Positions 48,314 to 57,620 of a stretch of DNA of 64,000 nucleotides are shown in pieces. How positions within the stretch are numbered: position 1 is the stretch's first letter; each line of letters starts with the position of its first letter. The notes below the pieces were generated by a model, which ran no database searches, was not told the DNA's origin, and was given only the letters and a program-made list of their open reading frames with translations. Location: contig CAZPKN010000001.1 in assembly GCA_964587195.1 (NCBI GenBank), positions 341 to 64,340 on the forward strand, written 5' to 3'. The stretch comes from an uncultured Gammaproteobacteria bacterium. GTDB taxonomy: Bacteria > Patescibacteriota > Patescibacteriia > Patescibacteriales > UBA12465. The translations under genes and the position numbers were made by a program.

Positions 48314-49502
48314 GGCCATTTCGTTAAAAAAGAAAGGCCCAAAAATAATAAAGCACTCTAATCTTCCTCTCCTATATGTTTTGGGGTTAGTGTTAGCGGT
48401 ATCAGCTGCTTTACCTGCCTACGTTCAATCAAACTTCTTAAATAAATTTATCAGTTTAGGGACTTTAAGCTTATTCTTTATTATCGCCAACGCTTTAACC
48501 GTTCTATGCATTATCATCTTTCCGCGAGCCATAAAATCTCTCAGTAACTTTGTCACTACTAAAATAACCGTCGGTTTGTTCGGCGCATCTTTATTGTCTC
48601 TTTCTTTGGTCGATGGCCCGACATCGGCTCTTTGGGCTATTATATTTTTTACGATCGCCAGTAATCTTCTTTGGATAAACATGGACATTCTCGTTGAAAC
48701 GTTTTCTAAAAACGCTTCAACCGGAACTATTCGCACCGTCTATTTCACCTTCATCAACCTAGGCTGGATCATTTCACCAACATTATCAAGTTGGTTGATT
48801 AATTTCAGCGGCTACCAATTAATTTTTGTAATAGCTGCTTTTCTAACCGTACCGGTTTTCTTTGTGCTGTCTCGCCAGAAGGACAATTTAAAAAAAGAGG
48901 CAAAATATCACCATGAAAAACTTAGGATTGTTTTAAAAAACACCTGGCGTAATAAGAACTTGCGAGGTATATTCTTCATCGCCCTTCTTCTGCAGATTTT
49001 CTATAATACCGCTGTTGTTTATCTCCCCATCTACCTCCATCAAAATTTAGGCATCGCCTGGAGTGAGCTCGGCTTAATCTTCTCTATCATGTTAATCCCC
49101 TTTTTAGTCTTTGAAATTCCCGCCGGGATAATCGCCGATAAATACTTAGGGGAAAAGGAATTTTTGTTCACTGGCTTCGCGATTTTAGTTATTTCTTTGT
49201 TATTATTTTTCTTCGTTAAAACGACCAATTTTTGGATTTGGGCCAGTATTTTATTCTTCAGCCGTATTGGCGCAGCCTTAATAGAAGCAATGCGCGAAAG
49301 CTATTTCTTTAAGTTAGTTGATGCTAAAGATATTAGCTATATTAATTTCTTTAGAGCGTCGGCTCCGCTTGGCTATGTAATCGGGCCGATTTTGGCAATT
49401 ATAATCTTGACCTTCTTGCCTATTAATTATATTTTTATGAGCATTGCGATCCTAACCATGTCGGCCTTCTACTTTATCTATTCCCTCAAAGACACCAAAT
49501 AG
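48294..49502 (+). CDS. MFS transporter
   Basis: 12-TM topology. Start overlaps the lgt end. Confidence 0.5.
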   Translation: MPTKKDKAISLKKKGPKIIKHSNLPLLYVLGLVLAVSAALPAYVQSNFLNKFISLGTLSLFFIIANALTVLCIIIFPRAIKSLSNFVTTKITVGLFGASLLSLSLVDGPTSALWAIIFFTIASNLLWINMDILVETFSKNASTGTIRTVYFTFINLGWIISPTLSSWLINFSGYQLIFVIAAFLTVPVFFVLSRQKDNLKKEAKYHHEKLRIVLKNTWRNKNLRGIFFIALLLQIFYNTAVVYLPIYLHQNLGIAWSELGLIFSIMLIPFLVFEIPAGIIADKYLGEKEFLFTGFAILVISLLLFFFVKTTNFWIWASILFFSRIGAALIEAMRESYFFKLVDAKDISYINFFRASAPLGYVIGPILAIIILTFLPINYIFMSIAILTMSAFYFIYSLKDTK

Positions 49503-49653
49503 TCCAAGAGTTGACTTTAGGGACACTTTTTTATAGAATAATTATCAGTTACTAAAGATAGTTGAAGGGCTAATTATAATATTAATAGGCGGGGTAATCC
49601 CCGCTGAAGTGTGAAATTAATAGGCAGGCTTGCCTCGCTGAAGCGAAGCGAAA

Positions 49654-49725
49654 GCGGGTATCGTATAGTGGTTATTACCTAAGGTTTCCAACCTTATGAG
49701 AGGGGTCCGATTCCCCTTACCCGCT
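49654..49725 (+). tRNA. tRNA-Gly (anticodon TCC)
   Basis: GCGGGTATCGTATAGTGGTTATTACCTAAGGTTTCCAACCTTATGAGAGGGGTCCGATTCCCCTTACCCGCT. Close to E. coli tRNA-Gly(UCC). Confidence 0.85.
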
Positions 49726-50184
49726 CAATTAAAAACAACATCCGACAGGGTGTTGTTTTTAATTGTATGGAATGAATGGGAATCGGACTGGTTGAAAGTG
49801 AGCGAGGACTGAGGTCGGAAGACCGAGGGACGAAGCGAACGTCGGACGGCTTGCCTTGAATGGCAAGCCGAACGCCAACCCCGGACAAGTGAACGAGGCG
49901 CTTTCCGGCGCCGAGTGAGCGCGGAACCTGCCTGCCGGCAGGCAGGTTCCCCTTACCCGCTCAATTAAAAACAACATCCGACAGGGTGTTGTTTTTAATT
50001 GTATGGAATGAATGGGAATCGGACTGGTTGAAAGTGAGCGAGGACTGAGGTCGGAAGACCGAGGGACGAAGCGAACGTCGGACGGCTTGCCTTGAATGGC
50101 AAGCCGAACGCCAACCCCGGACAAGTGAACGAGGCGCTTTCCGGCGCCGAGTGAGCGCGGAACCTGCCTGCCGGTAGGCAGCTA
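49711..50184 (+). repeat. tandem direct repeat 2 x 237 bp downstream of tRNA-Gly; each unit has the tRNA 3' 15 nt, a terminator hairpin, and a GC-rich segment ending in CCTGCCTGCCGGCAGGCAGG
   Basis: Units 49711-49947 and 49948-50184 are near-identical. Palindrome at 49927-49946 and a variant at 50163-50181. The first unit begins inside the genuine tRNA. ORF-track ORFs here are artefacts. Confidence 0.85.
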
Positions 50185-50601
50185 TACTACCTTGTCTTTT
50201 TTTATTGCTTTCAATAAAAAAACCGCTAGCCCTAAAAAGATGATATGCAAAAAGAAGTCCGTTGGTGTTAAATTAAAAACAAATAACTCACCAAGCAATG
50301 AGATTATCCCCGCCCCAGAAATTATCAGCGCCCAAATAAGGGCAAGTGATAAAAAAATAATTAAGCTAAGATAAACTTGCTTAATATATTTATTAATAAT
50401 CAATAATAATCCGGCGGAAATTTCGACCGCAACAATAAACCAAGATAAAACTGGCGGTAAGTCTAAATTAATTAATTCCTGCGATGCTGACGCTGGGAAA
50501 ATAATTCTAAAGATTCCGGCGGATAAAAAAACTAGCGCCAGAAAATAGCGCCCAAAAAAGCTTGGAATATTAGTTTTTTCTTTAATAGCGCCCGAATTCA
50601 T
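50182..50601 (-). CDS. small membrane protein (DoxX-like, tentative)
   Basis: 4 TM helices. Weak resemblance to the DoxX family. Confidence 0.3.
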   Translation of the reverse strand: MNSGAIKEKTNIPSFFGRYFLALVFLSAGIFRIIFPASASQELINLDLPPVLSWFIVAVEISAGLLLIINKYIKQVYLSLIIFLSLALIWALIISGAGIISLLGELFVFNLTPTDFFLHIIFLGLAVFLLKAIKKDKVV

Positions 50602-51286
50602 ATTTAATCTTATTTTGTTTTATTTTCCGTCTAAAAATCGTGAACATTGCCATCCGTGTCCAGGACCAGGCGGTCGGCCACCAACCGTCTTTTTGCAAAC
50701 GGCGTGAAGAATATAATAATTTTTCTGATTTAATCATGCGAAATTTCCCTTGCCTAGCCAGGCGATCGCAATAATCATAGTCTTCCGCTAATAAAACCTC
50801 AACATCAAAGCCATTAATGGCCTCATGGGCGGTTCGAAGCGCTAAAATCCCTGCTCCGACCGAAGCCGGGGAAAAATATTGACGGAAAAAACAGAATAAA
50901 TTTGCTAAACCAGAAAAGATATTATAGGAGAAAGAATTAGGATTAAAAATAAAATAAAAACCAGCGCCGATTAATTTTCGTCTGGTAAATTCTGAGAAAG
51001 CTTTGCTTAAAAAATCTGGCTGTAAAACTGAATCCGCGTCCAGAAAAAGCAAAATCTCTCCCCGAGCGACTTTAGCGCCATTATTTCTTTGCCAAGACGG
51101 ATGATGATGTTCTTTATCTTCAATAAATATACAGCCGTTATCTTCGGCTACTTGTTTCGTTTTATCAGAAGAGCCGCCGTCAGAAACAATGATTTCATAG
51201 TCATTAAAATCTTGCTTCTTTATGGACTCTAAAAGGCGTGGCAGAAATTTTTCCTCATTTAAAGTTGGTATAATTATTGAAACCAT
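50582..51286 (-). CDS. family 2 glycosyltransferase
   Basis: VSIIIPTLNEEKFLPRLLESI...YEIIVSDGGSSDKT...LFLDADS: GT2 DxD-type motifs. Confidence 0.7.
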   Translation of the reverse strand: MVSIIIPTLNEEKFLPRLLESIKKQDFNDYEIIVSDGGSSDKTKQVAEDNGCIFIEDKEHHHPSWQRNNGAKVARGEILLFLDADSVLQPDFLSKAFSEFTRRKLIGAGFYFIFNPNSFSYNIFSGLANLFCFFRQYFSPASVGAGILALRTAHEAINGFDVEVLLAEDYDYCDRLARQGKFRMIKSEKLLYSSRRLQKDGWWPTAWSWTRMAMFTIFRRKIKQNKIKYEFGRY

Positions 51287-51289
51287 ATT

Positions 51290-52315
51290 CTAGAAAATAG
51301 TCCGCGCTAATTCCCAATAACTCTTATCACCATACTTATACTGATAATACCACCACTCTACGCCCCAAAGATAACTTTTTTCAAAATCTATATTAATAGC
51401 ATACTGCAAGTTGGCCTTGAACTGCTCTAGATTAAAAGATTTTCGAGCCTCTTTTTCTGGTAGATAAATCATATTCCCATTAGGAACCCAGGGCTCGGCT
51501 TGTAACTCAACGATATAGCGATTTTCTGGCTCAATTCCATTTATAAAAGCCTTAAGACGATAAAACCAGGCAGGGATGGGATAACGAATATATCCAGTCT
51601 GTTTTCCCCAGACAACTCGGTAAACAGTGCTGCCAAAGATATCAGCATACTTAGCCTCTTTATTCCAAAAACTTAATTCGCCAGTTGCCGAAACCATAAT
51701 CGGCCGGCTGTCTTTTGATTTTACTAACGCTAATTCTTGCCGAAAAAAATTCTCATCACTAGGAGGACAGACTCCAAAAGCATCAAAAAACGGTTCGTTT
51801 TCAAGCTGCCAAATAATAATTGCCTGATTGTCTTGATAGTGTTCAACAACTGCCGCTAACATATTTAAAGCAGCCGCTTGAGTGGCCGCTAAGCTCTTTT
51901 TCCCGGCCCAATCAGGCGCATGGCACTCCGGCCAGCGCGGTAAACGCCAGCCGATATTAGCAACAAATTTAACACCGCGTTTTTCTCCTTCAGAAATAAT
52001 ATAATCATAATCAGAAAAATCATAAACGCCGCGTTCTTTCTCAATCTGATCCCAATAAATCGGTAAGCGGATTTCTTTAACCTGCAAATCGTCCAGAGCG
52101 GCTAAATAAACTTCGCGCCAATCAAGCCCTAGTTCTTCGGAAAACTTTGTTGAAAAAGTTATTCCAAAAAAATTTGGTTCATGCTTTAAATCCCGGCGTA
52201 AAGGAAAATTACTAGCGAACTTAAAAAAATAAATCAGCAGTAAAATGATTATTAAGATTAACCAAGGCCAGCATTTTTTCCATTGATATTTTTTATGCCA
52301 ACAAAACATTGTCAT
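51290..52315 (-). CDS. GH-A clan TIM-barrel glycoside hydrolase-like protein
   Basis: N-terminal TM anchor. Conserved WQLENEP (catalytic acid/base NEP motif) typical of GH5-like enzymes. Confidence 0.4.
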   Translation of the reverse strand: MTMFCWHKKYQWKKCWPWLILIIILLLIYFFKFASNFPLRRDLKHEPNFFGITFSTKFSEELGLDWREVYLAALDDLQVKEIRLPIYWDQIEKERGVYDFSDYDYIISEGEKRGVKFVANIGWRLPRWPECHAPDWAGKKSLAATQAAALNMLAAVVEHYQDNQAIIIWQLENEPFFDAFGVCPPSDENFFRQELALVKSKDSRPIMVSATGELSFWNKEAKYADIFGSTVYRVVWGKQTGYIRYPIPAWFYRLKAFINGIEPENRYIVELQAEPWVPNGNMIYLPEKEARKSFNLEQFKANLQYAINIDFEKSYLWGVEWWYYQYKYGDKSYWELARTIF

Positions 52316-52316
52316 A

Positions 52317-53252
52317 TTAAGCTAAAATAAAATATAAACCAAGAGCGATTATTAAAACCGCGACTGATTTTTGTAAAAAAATCCGCCAAGAAAAAGTTTC
52401 TTTTAAGAGGCGCGGGGAAAGTAAAGCTAAGCCCGTACTTAATACTAATAAAAAAGCATACTGAACGCCTTGCAAGGCGTTTACTAAAGCGACGGAGCCG
52501 AGAGAAATCGCGTAATTTTGTAAAATAAACCCAGCCGAGCCGATAATTTGATTAATAACAACTAGTCCGCCCTTTTTAGTTTTCTTTTTCTTATTAAAAA
52601 TTTGTAAAACATCTTCCCTGTCTTGGCGACGTATTAAAAATAATAGAACAAAAATAGCCGCCCCGAGCCGAGTCCAAATAAAAGCACTAGCAAAAGGCTG
52701 AGATGAATAGGCGTACTTAGTCAAAATAAAATAAGAAGCATAGGCAAAAGCGGAAACAGCCGCAAAAATTAAATAACCGCTTTTAACATCTTGAGTTAAG
52801 CGTAATTTTTTCATTAGTCTCGCTAAGAAACTTCTCTGCTGAGGAAGGAGGGCGACAACCGCAATGCCGATTAGTAAAGTAAAAATTCCTAACCATTCAG
52901 AAAAAGAAAATTGTTCTTTAAAAAACAGAATTGAAAAAATGATTGAGAAAACCGGTGTTAAACCGCCAATAAAAACTAAGGTTCGAGCAGCTTCGCCACG
53001 GCGCAAAGCTTCATATAAGGTCCAAAGGGCAATCGCAAAAATAAAGCCAGCCACAATATTAATCATGAGCCAATAAACTCCCGGCCACTCTAAAAACCAA
53101 GGAGCGGCTAAAAACAAAAGCCCGCCGAATAAGCAGACAACAAAAGCATAAGCCTTGCTACTCGGCAAGACATTATCAACTAAAAATTTATCGAATAAGT
53201 TTGCAACCGCTAAAAAGAAATACGCCGATAAAGCCGTTAATATCCAAGACAT
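52317..53252 (-). CDS. EamA/DMT-family transporter
   Basis: 10 TM helices in two EamA-like halves. Confidence 0.55.
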   Translation of the reverse strand: MSWILTALSAYFFLAVANLFDKFLVDNVLPSSKAYAFVVCLFGGLLFLAAPWFLEWPGVYWLMINIVAGFIFAIALWTLYEALRRGEAARTLVFIGGLTPVFSIIFSILFFKEQFSFSEWLGIFTLLIGIAVVALLPQQRSFLARLMKKLRLTQDVKSGYLIFAAVSAFAYASYFILTKYAYSSQPFASAFIWTRLGAAIFVLLFLIRRQDREDVLQIFNKKKKTKKGGLVVINQIIGSAGFILQNYAISLGSVALVNALQGVQYAFLLVLSTGLALLSPRLLKETFSWRIFLQKSVAVLIIALGLYFILA

Positions 53253-53271
53253 AAATATCTAAAAATAAATA

Positions 53272-54555
53272 TTATTTTCCTGATTCCGAAATAATTTTCT
53301 CTATATTATAAGTTCCCATCGCCTCTCCATTTAAAAATCCGTCCATGGCGGCGCGCGCTAAGCGACCCGATGATAATAAATCAAATAACCATTCATCAAC
53401 ATATTTAGGGTCATAACTATCAATACCCGCGCCAGTACTAATTAACCATTGGCGATTAAAATCTTCCTGCGAGCCGACCGGTTCCGACATAATAATCGGC
53501 AAACCTAAAGAAGAATAAAAAGATAATTCAGACGGCTTAGTCCATAAAATATCCGTTTCATGCAAACAATCATTAAACATCTTAAAATATTCCGTTTTAT
53601 CTTCAGCAAAAATTATACCGACCCCATTTCCCTCTTTTACGCCATGCCTCTCTAATTGATGGTGAAAATAATCTCTTACTTCAGGTCTAACCCCGGCTAC
53701 CAAATTAAGTTTTATCTCACCATTTTTTATTTTCGGAACTAATTTATCTAAAATAAGGGCGCCAATTTCTTTTTGCGCTCCCGCACCGCCAACGGCAAAC
53801 GTAATGGTTAAAATTCCAGGGGCTGACTGCTCATAATCTGGCAAATGTCGAGCTATTAAATCATGATAAGAATCATTGTATCTACTGTGTATATCTAAAG
53901 TCTTTAACCGTCTCGCCAAATCTGCTTTTAATATTTCTTGATGATGGCCGACATTTTCTTTCGGCAAAGGAAAGCCGGTCACAAAAAGATTTTCTGGTTT
54001 TACTCCATACATTAAAAATCTTTTTTTGACTCTTTCACTAGGTAAGAAAAATTTTATCCGACTATCTTTCGGATAAAACGGGCCCCAGGCTCGAGAAGCG
54101 TCCGCATCGCAAATAATTGAATAAACTTCTCCTGGAAAATTAAAGTATTCAGCCATATAAGCGGCCACAAAAAAAGTCGTCACGAGCGGCAAGTTATCAG
54201 CCGATAATTTATCGATTAAATCCTTCCCTAACCCCTTCTGTAAAGACTGACGATAAAATTTTTGTTGGATTATCATCTTGGATAAGTCCCGAAAAGGATA
54301 AAACGGATCTATTTCTTGAAGCTCGTCCATGGCCTTAAAAACCAATCCACCGACCAAGGGGATTTTTTTAAAGCGAGAAATCGCTTCATATGATTTGCGG
54401 CTGCTCAGCCAGTACTTCTTTTCCCAATCGGGAATACCAGGATAGTTATTAGTACTAATCGCTTCTCCGCCCGCTAAATCAAGTAGAGGATAGGCGGCGC
54501 GCTGATGGCCGTAGCCCATGTCAGCGACAACTAAATTAATTTTTTTATCAGCCAT
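53272..54555 (-). CDS. GT-B fold glycosyltransferase (MGDG-synthase/MurG-like, tentative)
   Basis: C-terminal ILWTKPSELSFYSSLGLPIIMSEPVGSQEDFNRQWLISTGAGI resembles the GT28 C-terminal nucleotide-sugar binding region. Confidence 0.4.
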   Translation of the reverse strand: MADKKINLVVADMGYGHQRAAYPLLDLAGGEAISTNNYPGIPDWEKKYWLSSRKSYEAISRFKKIPLVGGLVFKAMDELQEIDPFYPFRDLSKMIIQQKFYRQSLQKGLGKDLIDKLSADNLPLVTTFFVAAYMAEYFNFPGEVYSIICDADASRAWGPFYPKDSRIKFFLPSERVKKRFLMYGVKPENLFVTGFPLPKENVGHHQEILKADLARRLKTLDIHSRYNDSYHDLIARHLPDYEQSAPGILTITFAVGGAGAQKEIGALILDKLVPKIKNGEIKLNLVAGVRPEVRDYFHHQLERHGVKEGNGVGIIFAEDKTEYFKMFNDCLHETDILWTKPSELSFYSSLGLPIIMSEPVGSQEDFNRQWLISTGAGIDSYDPKYVDEWLFDLLSSGRLARAAMDGFLNGEAMGTYNIEKIISESGK

Positions 54556-54576
54556 ATACTATTATTATAGCAAAGA

Positions 54577-55515
54577 TTAATAATCTCTGGCTATTGCGTC
54601 TTTACCGGCCTTAAGCTGTAAATATTGATAGGCGCTTAAAGCGGCAACCGTCGCTTGCCCGGTCGCAATCGTAATTTGCTTAAATTCGCCAGCGACAACA
54701 TCTCCAGCGACGAAAAGGCCCGGTGTCTTAGTTTCCATTTTCTCGCCGGCGATAATTTGGTTACTACTATTTCTGTCAACAAAATCAGCAACTAAGTCAG
54801 TACTAGCGATACGGCCGACTTCGATAAAGACGCCGTCGACTGGGATTTCTCTAGTAGTGCCACTTTTGGTATCAAGAATTAAAACTTGTTCAACCTTATT
54901 TTCTCCAGAAATTTTTTTTAATTCTGAATTAAGAATTATCTCAATATTATCTTTTTCCTTAACTTCGGCAACTAAGGCATCGAAGGCTCTAAACTTATCA
55001 TTGCGATGAATAAGATAAACTTGTTTAGCAATTTTTGATAAAACCTCAGCTGCATCAAGAGCCGAATTCCCGCCGCCGACTACAACTACGTCCTTATTCT
55101 TAAAAAATGGTCCGTCGCAATTAGCACAATAAGAAACTCCTCGGCCGCTCAGTTCCAACTCCCCATCAACCGCCAAGCGGCGCGGCGATAAACCCATGGA
55201 AACAATAACAGTTTTCGCCTCAAACTTATCTTTATTGGTATACAAAATAAAAGATCCATCGGATGCCGTCTCAATTTTTTTAACTTCATCGTTTTTAATT
55301 TCGACTCCAGCTTTAATAGCTTGATTATTCATTTTAGAAATCAATTCAAAAGCGCCGATATTTTCAAAGCCCGGATAGTTCTCAATTTCTCCTGCCCAAA
55401 CTAACTGGCCACCCAATTCTTTCCCGATAACCATAACCTTCATTTCCCGACGAACCGCATAAAGACCAGCAGTTAAGCCAGCTGGACCAGAGCCAATAAT
55501 TATTACATCATACAT
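54577..55515 (-). CDS. trxB: thioredoxin-disulfide reductase
   Basis: FAD motif IIGSGPAGLTAG, redox-active CANCDG, NADPH motif VVVGGGNSALD. Confidence 0.85.
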   Translation of the reverse strand: MYDVIIIGSGPAGLTAGLYAVRREMKVMVIGKELGGQLVWAGEIENYPGFENIGAFELISKMNNQAIKAGVEIKNDEVKKIETASDGSFILYTNKDKFEAKTVIVSMGLSPRRLAVDGELELSGRGVSYCANCDGPFFKNKDVVVVGGGNSALDAAEVLSKIAKQVYLIHRNDKFRAFDALVAEVKEKDNIEIILNSELKKISGENKVEQVLILDTKSGTTREIPVDGVFIEVGRIASTDLVADFVDRNSSNQIIAGEKMETKTPGLFVAGDVVAGEFKQITIATGQATVAALSAYQYLQLKAGKDAIARDY

Positions 55516-55839
55516 AATCTTTAAACAAAATTAATTTTATAAACTTAACAAGTATAATTATAAGGTTTTTGAGGGCGAAAAGCAAACAAAAATGTTATTA
55601 TTTTTTAAAATTAATTTTTACGTTTTTTATTAAATTTTAGTGACAAAAGTCACGATTTATAACATTTTTTCCACAGCTTATCCAAAATCATTATTTAGCT
55701 AATATTAGATAATATAAAGATTTAAGTCCAGAATTACGTGGACTTATCCCTCTTCCCTGTTGATTACTTCGCTATTTTTGTGTTAATAAGAAAAAGATGA
55801 GCGCCAACTCATCTTTTTTAAACAGCTATTAAAAAATAA

Positions 55840-56226
55840 TTAATCGATATTTTTATCCAAAAATTCTTTTAACTTGCCGAGATCTTTTGACTCATAATCA
55901 TAAACGTAGCTTCTTATTCCTACTGATCGAGCGCTATTAACAGCGTCTATGTTATGTTCAAAATACAATACTTCGTCTGCGCCCAGACTATAAATATTTA
56001 AAAAAGTTTTAAAGTAATCAGAAGAGGTTTTTTCAGGATTATGTTTTAATGTAAATAACTCATACGGCAACTTATCCAAACCAAATAATTTAACCTGTTC
56101 ATCGTTGGCATTAGTTAATACAATTTTTCTATTTGGATACCTCTCTAATAGATTGTACATTTCTTTAAAAATACCGCCTTCTTTAATTACAAAAGTATTA
56201 ACAGCGTCAACTAAGATTGTTTTCAT
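55840..56226 (-). CDS. HAD-superfamily hydrolase-like small protein (tentative)
   Basis: C-terminal YFEHNIDAVNSARSVGI resembles HAD motif III/IV. N-terminal Asp motif is not clear. Confidence 0.3.
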   Translation of the reverse strand: MKTILVDAVNTFVIKEGGIFKEMYNLLERYPNRKIVLTNANDEQVKLFGLDKLPYELFTLKHNPEKTSSDYFKTFLNIYSLGADEVLYFEHNIDAVNSARSVGIRSYVYDYESKDLGKLKEFLDKNID

Positions 56227-56263
56227 AATTTTATAACCTATTAGTATAGTTTATTTTATTAAA

Positions 56264-56281
56264 ATGTTCCTCAAGGAACAT
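56264..56281. repeat. 18-bp near-palindrome ATGTTCCTCAAGGAACAT (copy 1 of 3 of the TTGTTCCTTAAGGAACAA family)
   Basis: Read directly. Two more copies at 56943-56960 (perfect) and 57419-57436. Confidence 0.7.
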
Positions 56282-56288
56282 TTTGGTT

Positions 56289-56870
56289 TTATTTAGCCAT
56301 TTTTAATATAGAATCAAACACGACATGGAGTTCGTTTATTCCATCACTTCCTGAAAAATGCCCCTTATCTCCGTCAATAATTATTTCTGATCCCAGCCTC
56401 TCTCTAAAATCATCTTGATTATCCAATGGAACAGATTCATCGTTACTAGAAAAAATTGCAAAGCTTTTGATAAGCTTGTTTTTAATATTATCAAAATCAA
56501 TAGGAGCCTCCAGCCATTCTTTATCAACCCCCGAAGAAATCTCTTCTTCTTCTAAATTAGTCAGTCTTTTAAAAAACCCCGCTACAAAAACTGCTCCGCC
56601 AATTTTTACTCCCTCGGGAAGCTTTTCAATAAATCGAGCAATCGCCTGACATCCTATGCTGTGGCCAACTAAATAAGTATCTTGATCGGGATTATTAATT
56701 ATTTCTCGCAGAAAGGGAATCCATACATTAATTCTCGGCTCATCAGAATTTGGCATTTCTGGAACTTCTACCAAAAATCCATTTTTCTCTAATTCTGCTT
56801 TTAACCACGGAAACCATCCCTCAGACGGATATCCGCCCCAACCGTGAATAATAAAGACTTTTTTTGACAT
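56289..56870 (-). CDS. alpha/beta hydrolase (YdeN/RBBP9-like serine hydrolase family)
   Basis: VFIIHGWGG...LVGHSIGCQA (GHSxG nucleophile elbow) and C-terminal His. Family size about 190 aa. Confidence 0.55.
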   Translation of the reverse strand: MSKKVFIIHGWGGYPSEGWFPWLKAELEKNGFLVEVPEMPNSDEPRINVWIPFLREIINNPDQDTYLVGHSIGCQAIARFIEKLPEGVKIGGAVFVAGFFKRLTNLEEEEISSGVDKEWLEAPIDFDNIKNKLIKSFAIFSSNDESVPLDNQDDFRERLGSEIIIDGDKGHFSGSDGINELHVVFDSILKMAK

Positions 56871-56942
56871 ACTTTTTACTAAATAATACTTATACTATTA
56901 CAATTATAGTATATTTTTGAGTTAAACGATAGCCGCCACTAA

Positions 56943-56960
56943 TTGTTCCTTAAGGAACAA
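56943..56960. repeat. 18-bp perfect palindrome TTGTTCCTTAAGGAACAA (copy 2)
   Basis: Read directly. Upstream of the alpha/beta hydrolase start. Confidence 0.7.
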
Positions 56961-57083
56961 TTGAACATTAGATTGCCGAATTTGTGATGATGCAAACAAA
57001 TAAAAAAGGACATTATATCTCGCCTTCAACTTTATCTGCCTTTCGCGTCTCACTTCCAACTAGTTCAAGTCCTTTATTCCGAA

Positions 57084-57334
57084 TCAAACAAAACAAAAGA
57101 GCCTCACGCAGGTGAGGCTCTTTTGTTTGTGGACCATAAGGGACTTGGTCACCGTCGCTAAGTCTCGCTCGCCCGCTCTAGGTGGGCTTCGCTCACTAAG
57201 CGCCCCGACCCGGCCTCGGCGGCGCACAAGCCCGCCTACCGGCAGGCAGGTGCGCATCGCCTCCGGCATTCAAGTCCCTTTTTGCGAATCAGACATAACA
57301 AAAGAAGCTCACGCAGGTGAGCTTCTTTTGTTTG
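57084..57334 (-). repeat. tRNA-Ala-linked GC-rich module: terminator copy, palindrome variant CCCGCCTACCGGCAGGCAGG (57235-57254) and 17-nt copy of the tRNA-Ala 3' end (57130-57146)
   Basis: tggaccataagggactt is duplicated. Hairpin aaaagagcctcacgcaggtgaggctctttt is duplicated as aaaagaagctcacgcaggtgagcttctttt. Contains gcgcacaag, a Val-3'-like sequence, adjacent to the palindrome, as in the tRNA-Val module. Confidence 0.6.
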
Positions 57335-57408
57335 TGGACCATAAGGGACTTGAACCCTTGACCTCTTCCATGCCATGGAAGCGCTCTAGCCAACTGAGCT
57401 AATGGCCC
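57335..57408 (-). tRNA. tRNA-Ala (anticodon GGC)
   Basis: Reverse complement GGGCCATTAGCTCAGTTGGCTAGAGCGCTTCCATGGCATGGAAGAGGTCAAGGGTTCAAGTCCCTTATGGTCCA. Anticodon loop ATGGCAT. Confidence 0.8.
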
Positions 57409-57418
57409 ATATCTTAAT

Positions 57419-57436
57419 TGTTCCTTGAGGAACAAT
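57419..57436. repeat. 18-bp near-palindrome TTGTTCCTTGAGGAACAA (copy 3)
   Basis: Read directly. Immediately upstream of the tRNA-Ala 5' end. Confidence 0.7.
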
Positions 57437-57620
57437 TTAGCAAATCACTAATATTACCCTAGAATTATAGCAAAAAGGGAAGAGCTGTCAATAGTCAATA
57501 AGAATGGGGTTTTTTATAGTTATTTTATTTGATATTAGGTAAGATATTAACAAATTTAAAAATAAAAGAGCCCCGACTTATGTGTATGCGGGGCTAAAAT
57601 ATTTTTCTTTAGGATCATTG

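Noticed and set aside
49694-50124. ORFs 49694-49888 and 49759-50124 (minus strand)
   Set aside because: They overlap tRNA-Gly and the 2 x 237-bp tandem repeat. These are frame artefacts of repeated GC-rich sequence.
57084-57402. ORFs 57084-57269 (-) and 57112-57402 (+)
   Set aside because: They lie inside the tRNA-Ala repeat module and overlap the tRNA itself.
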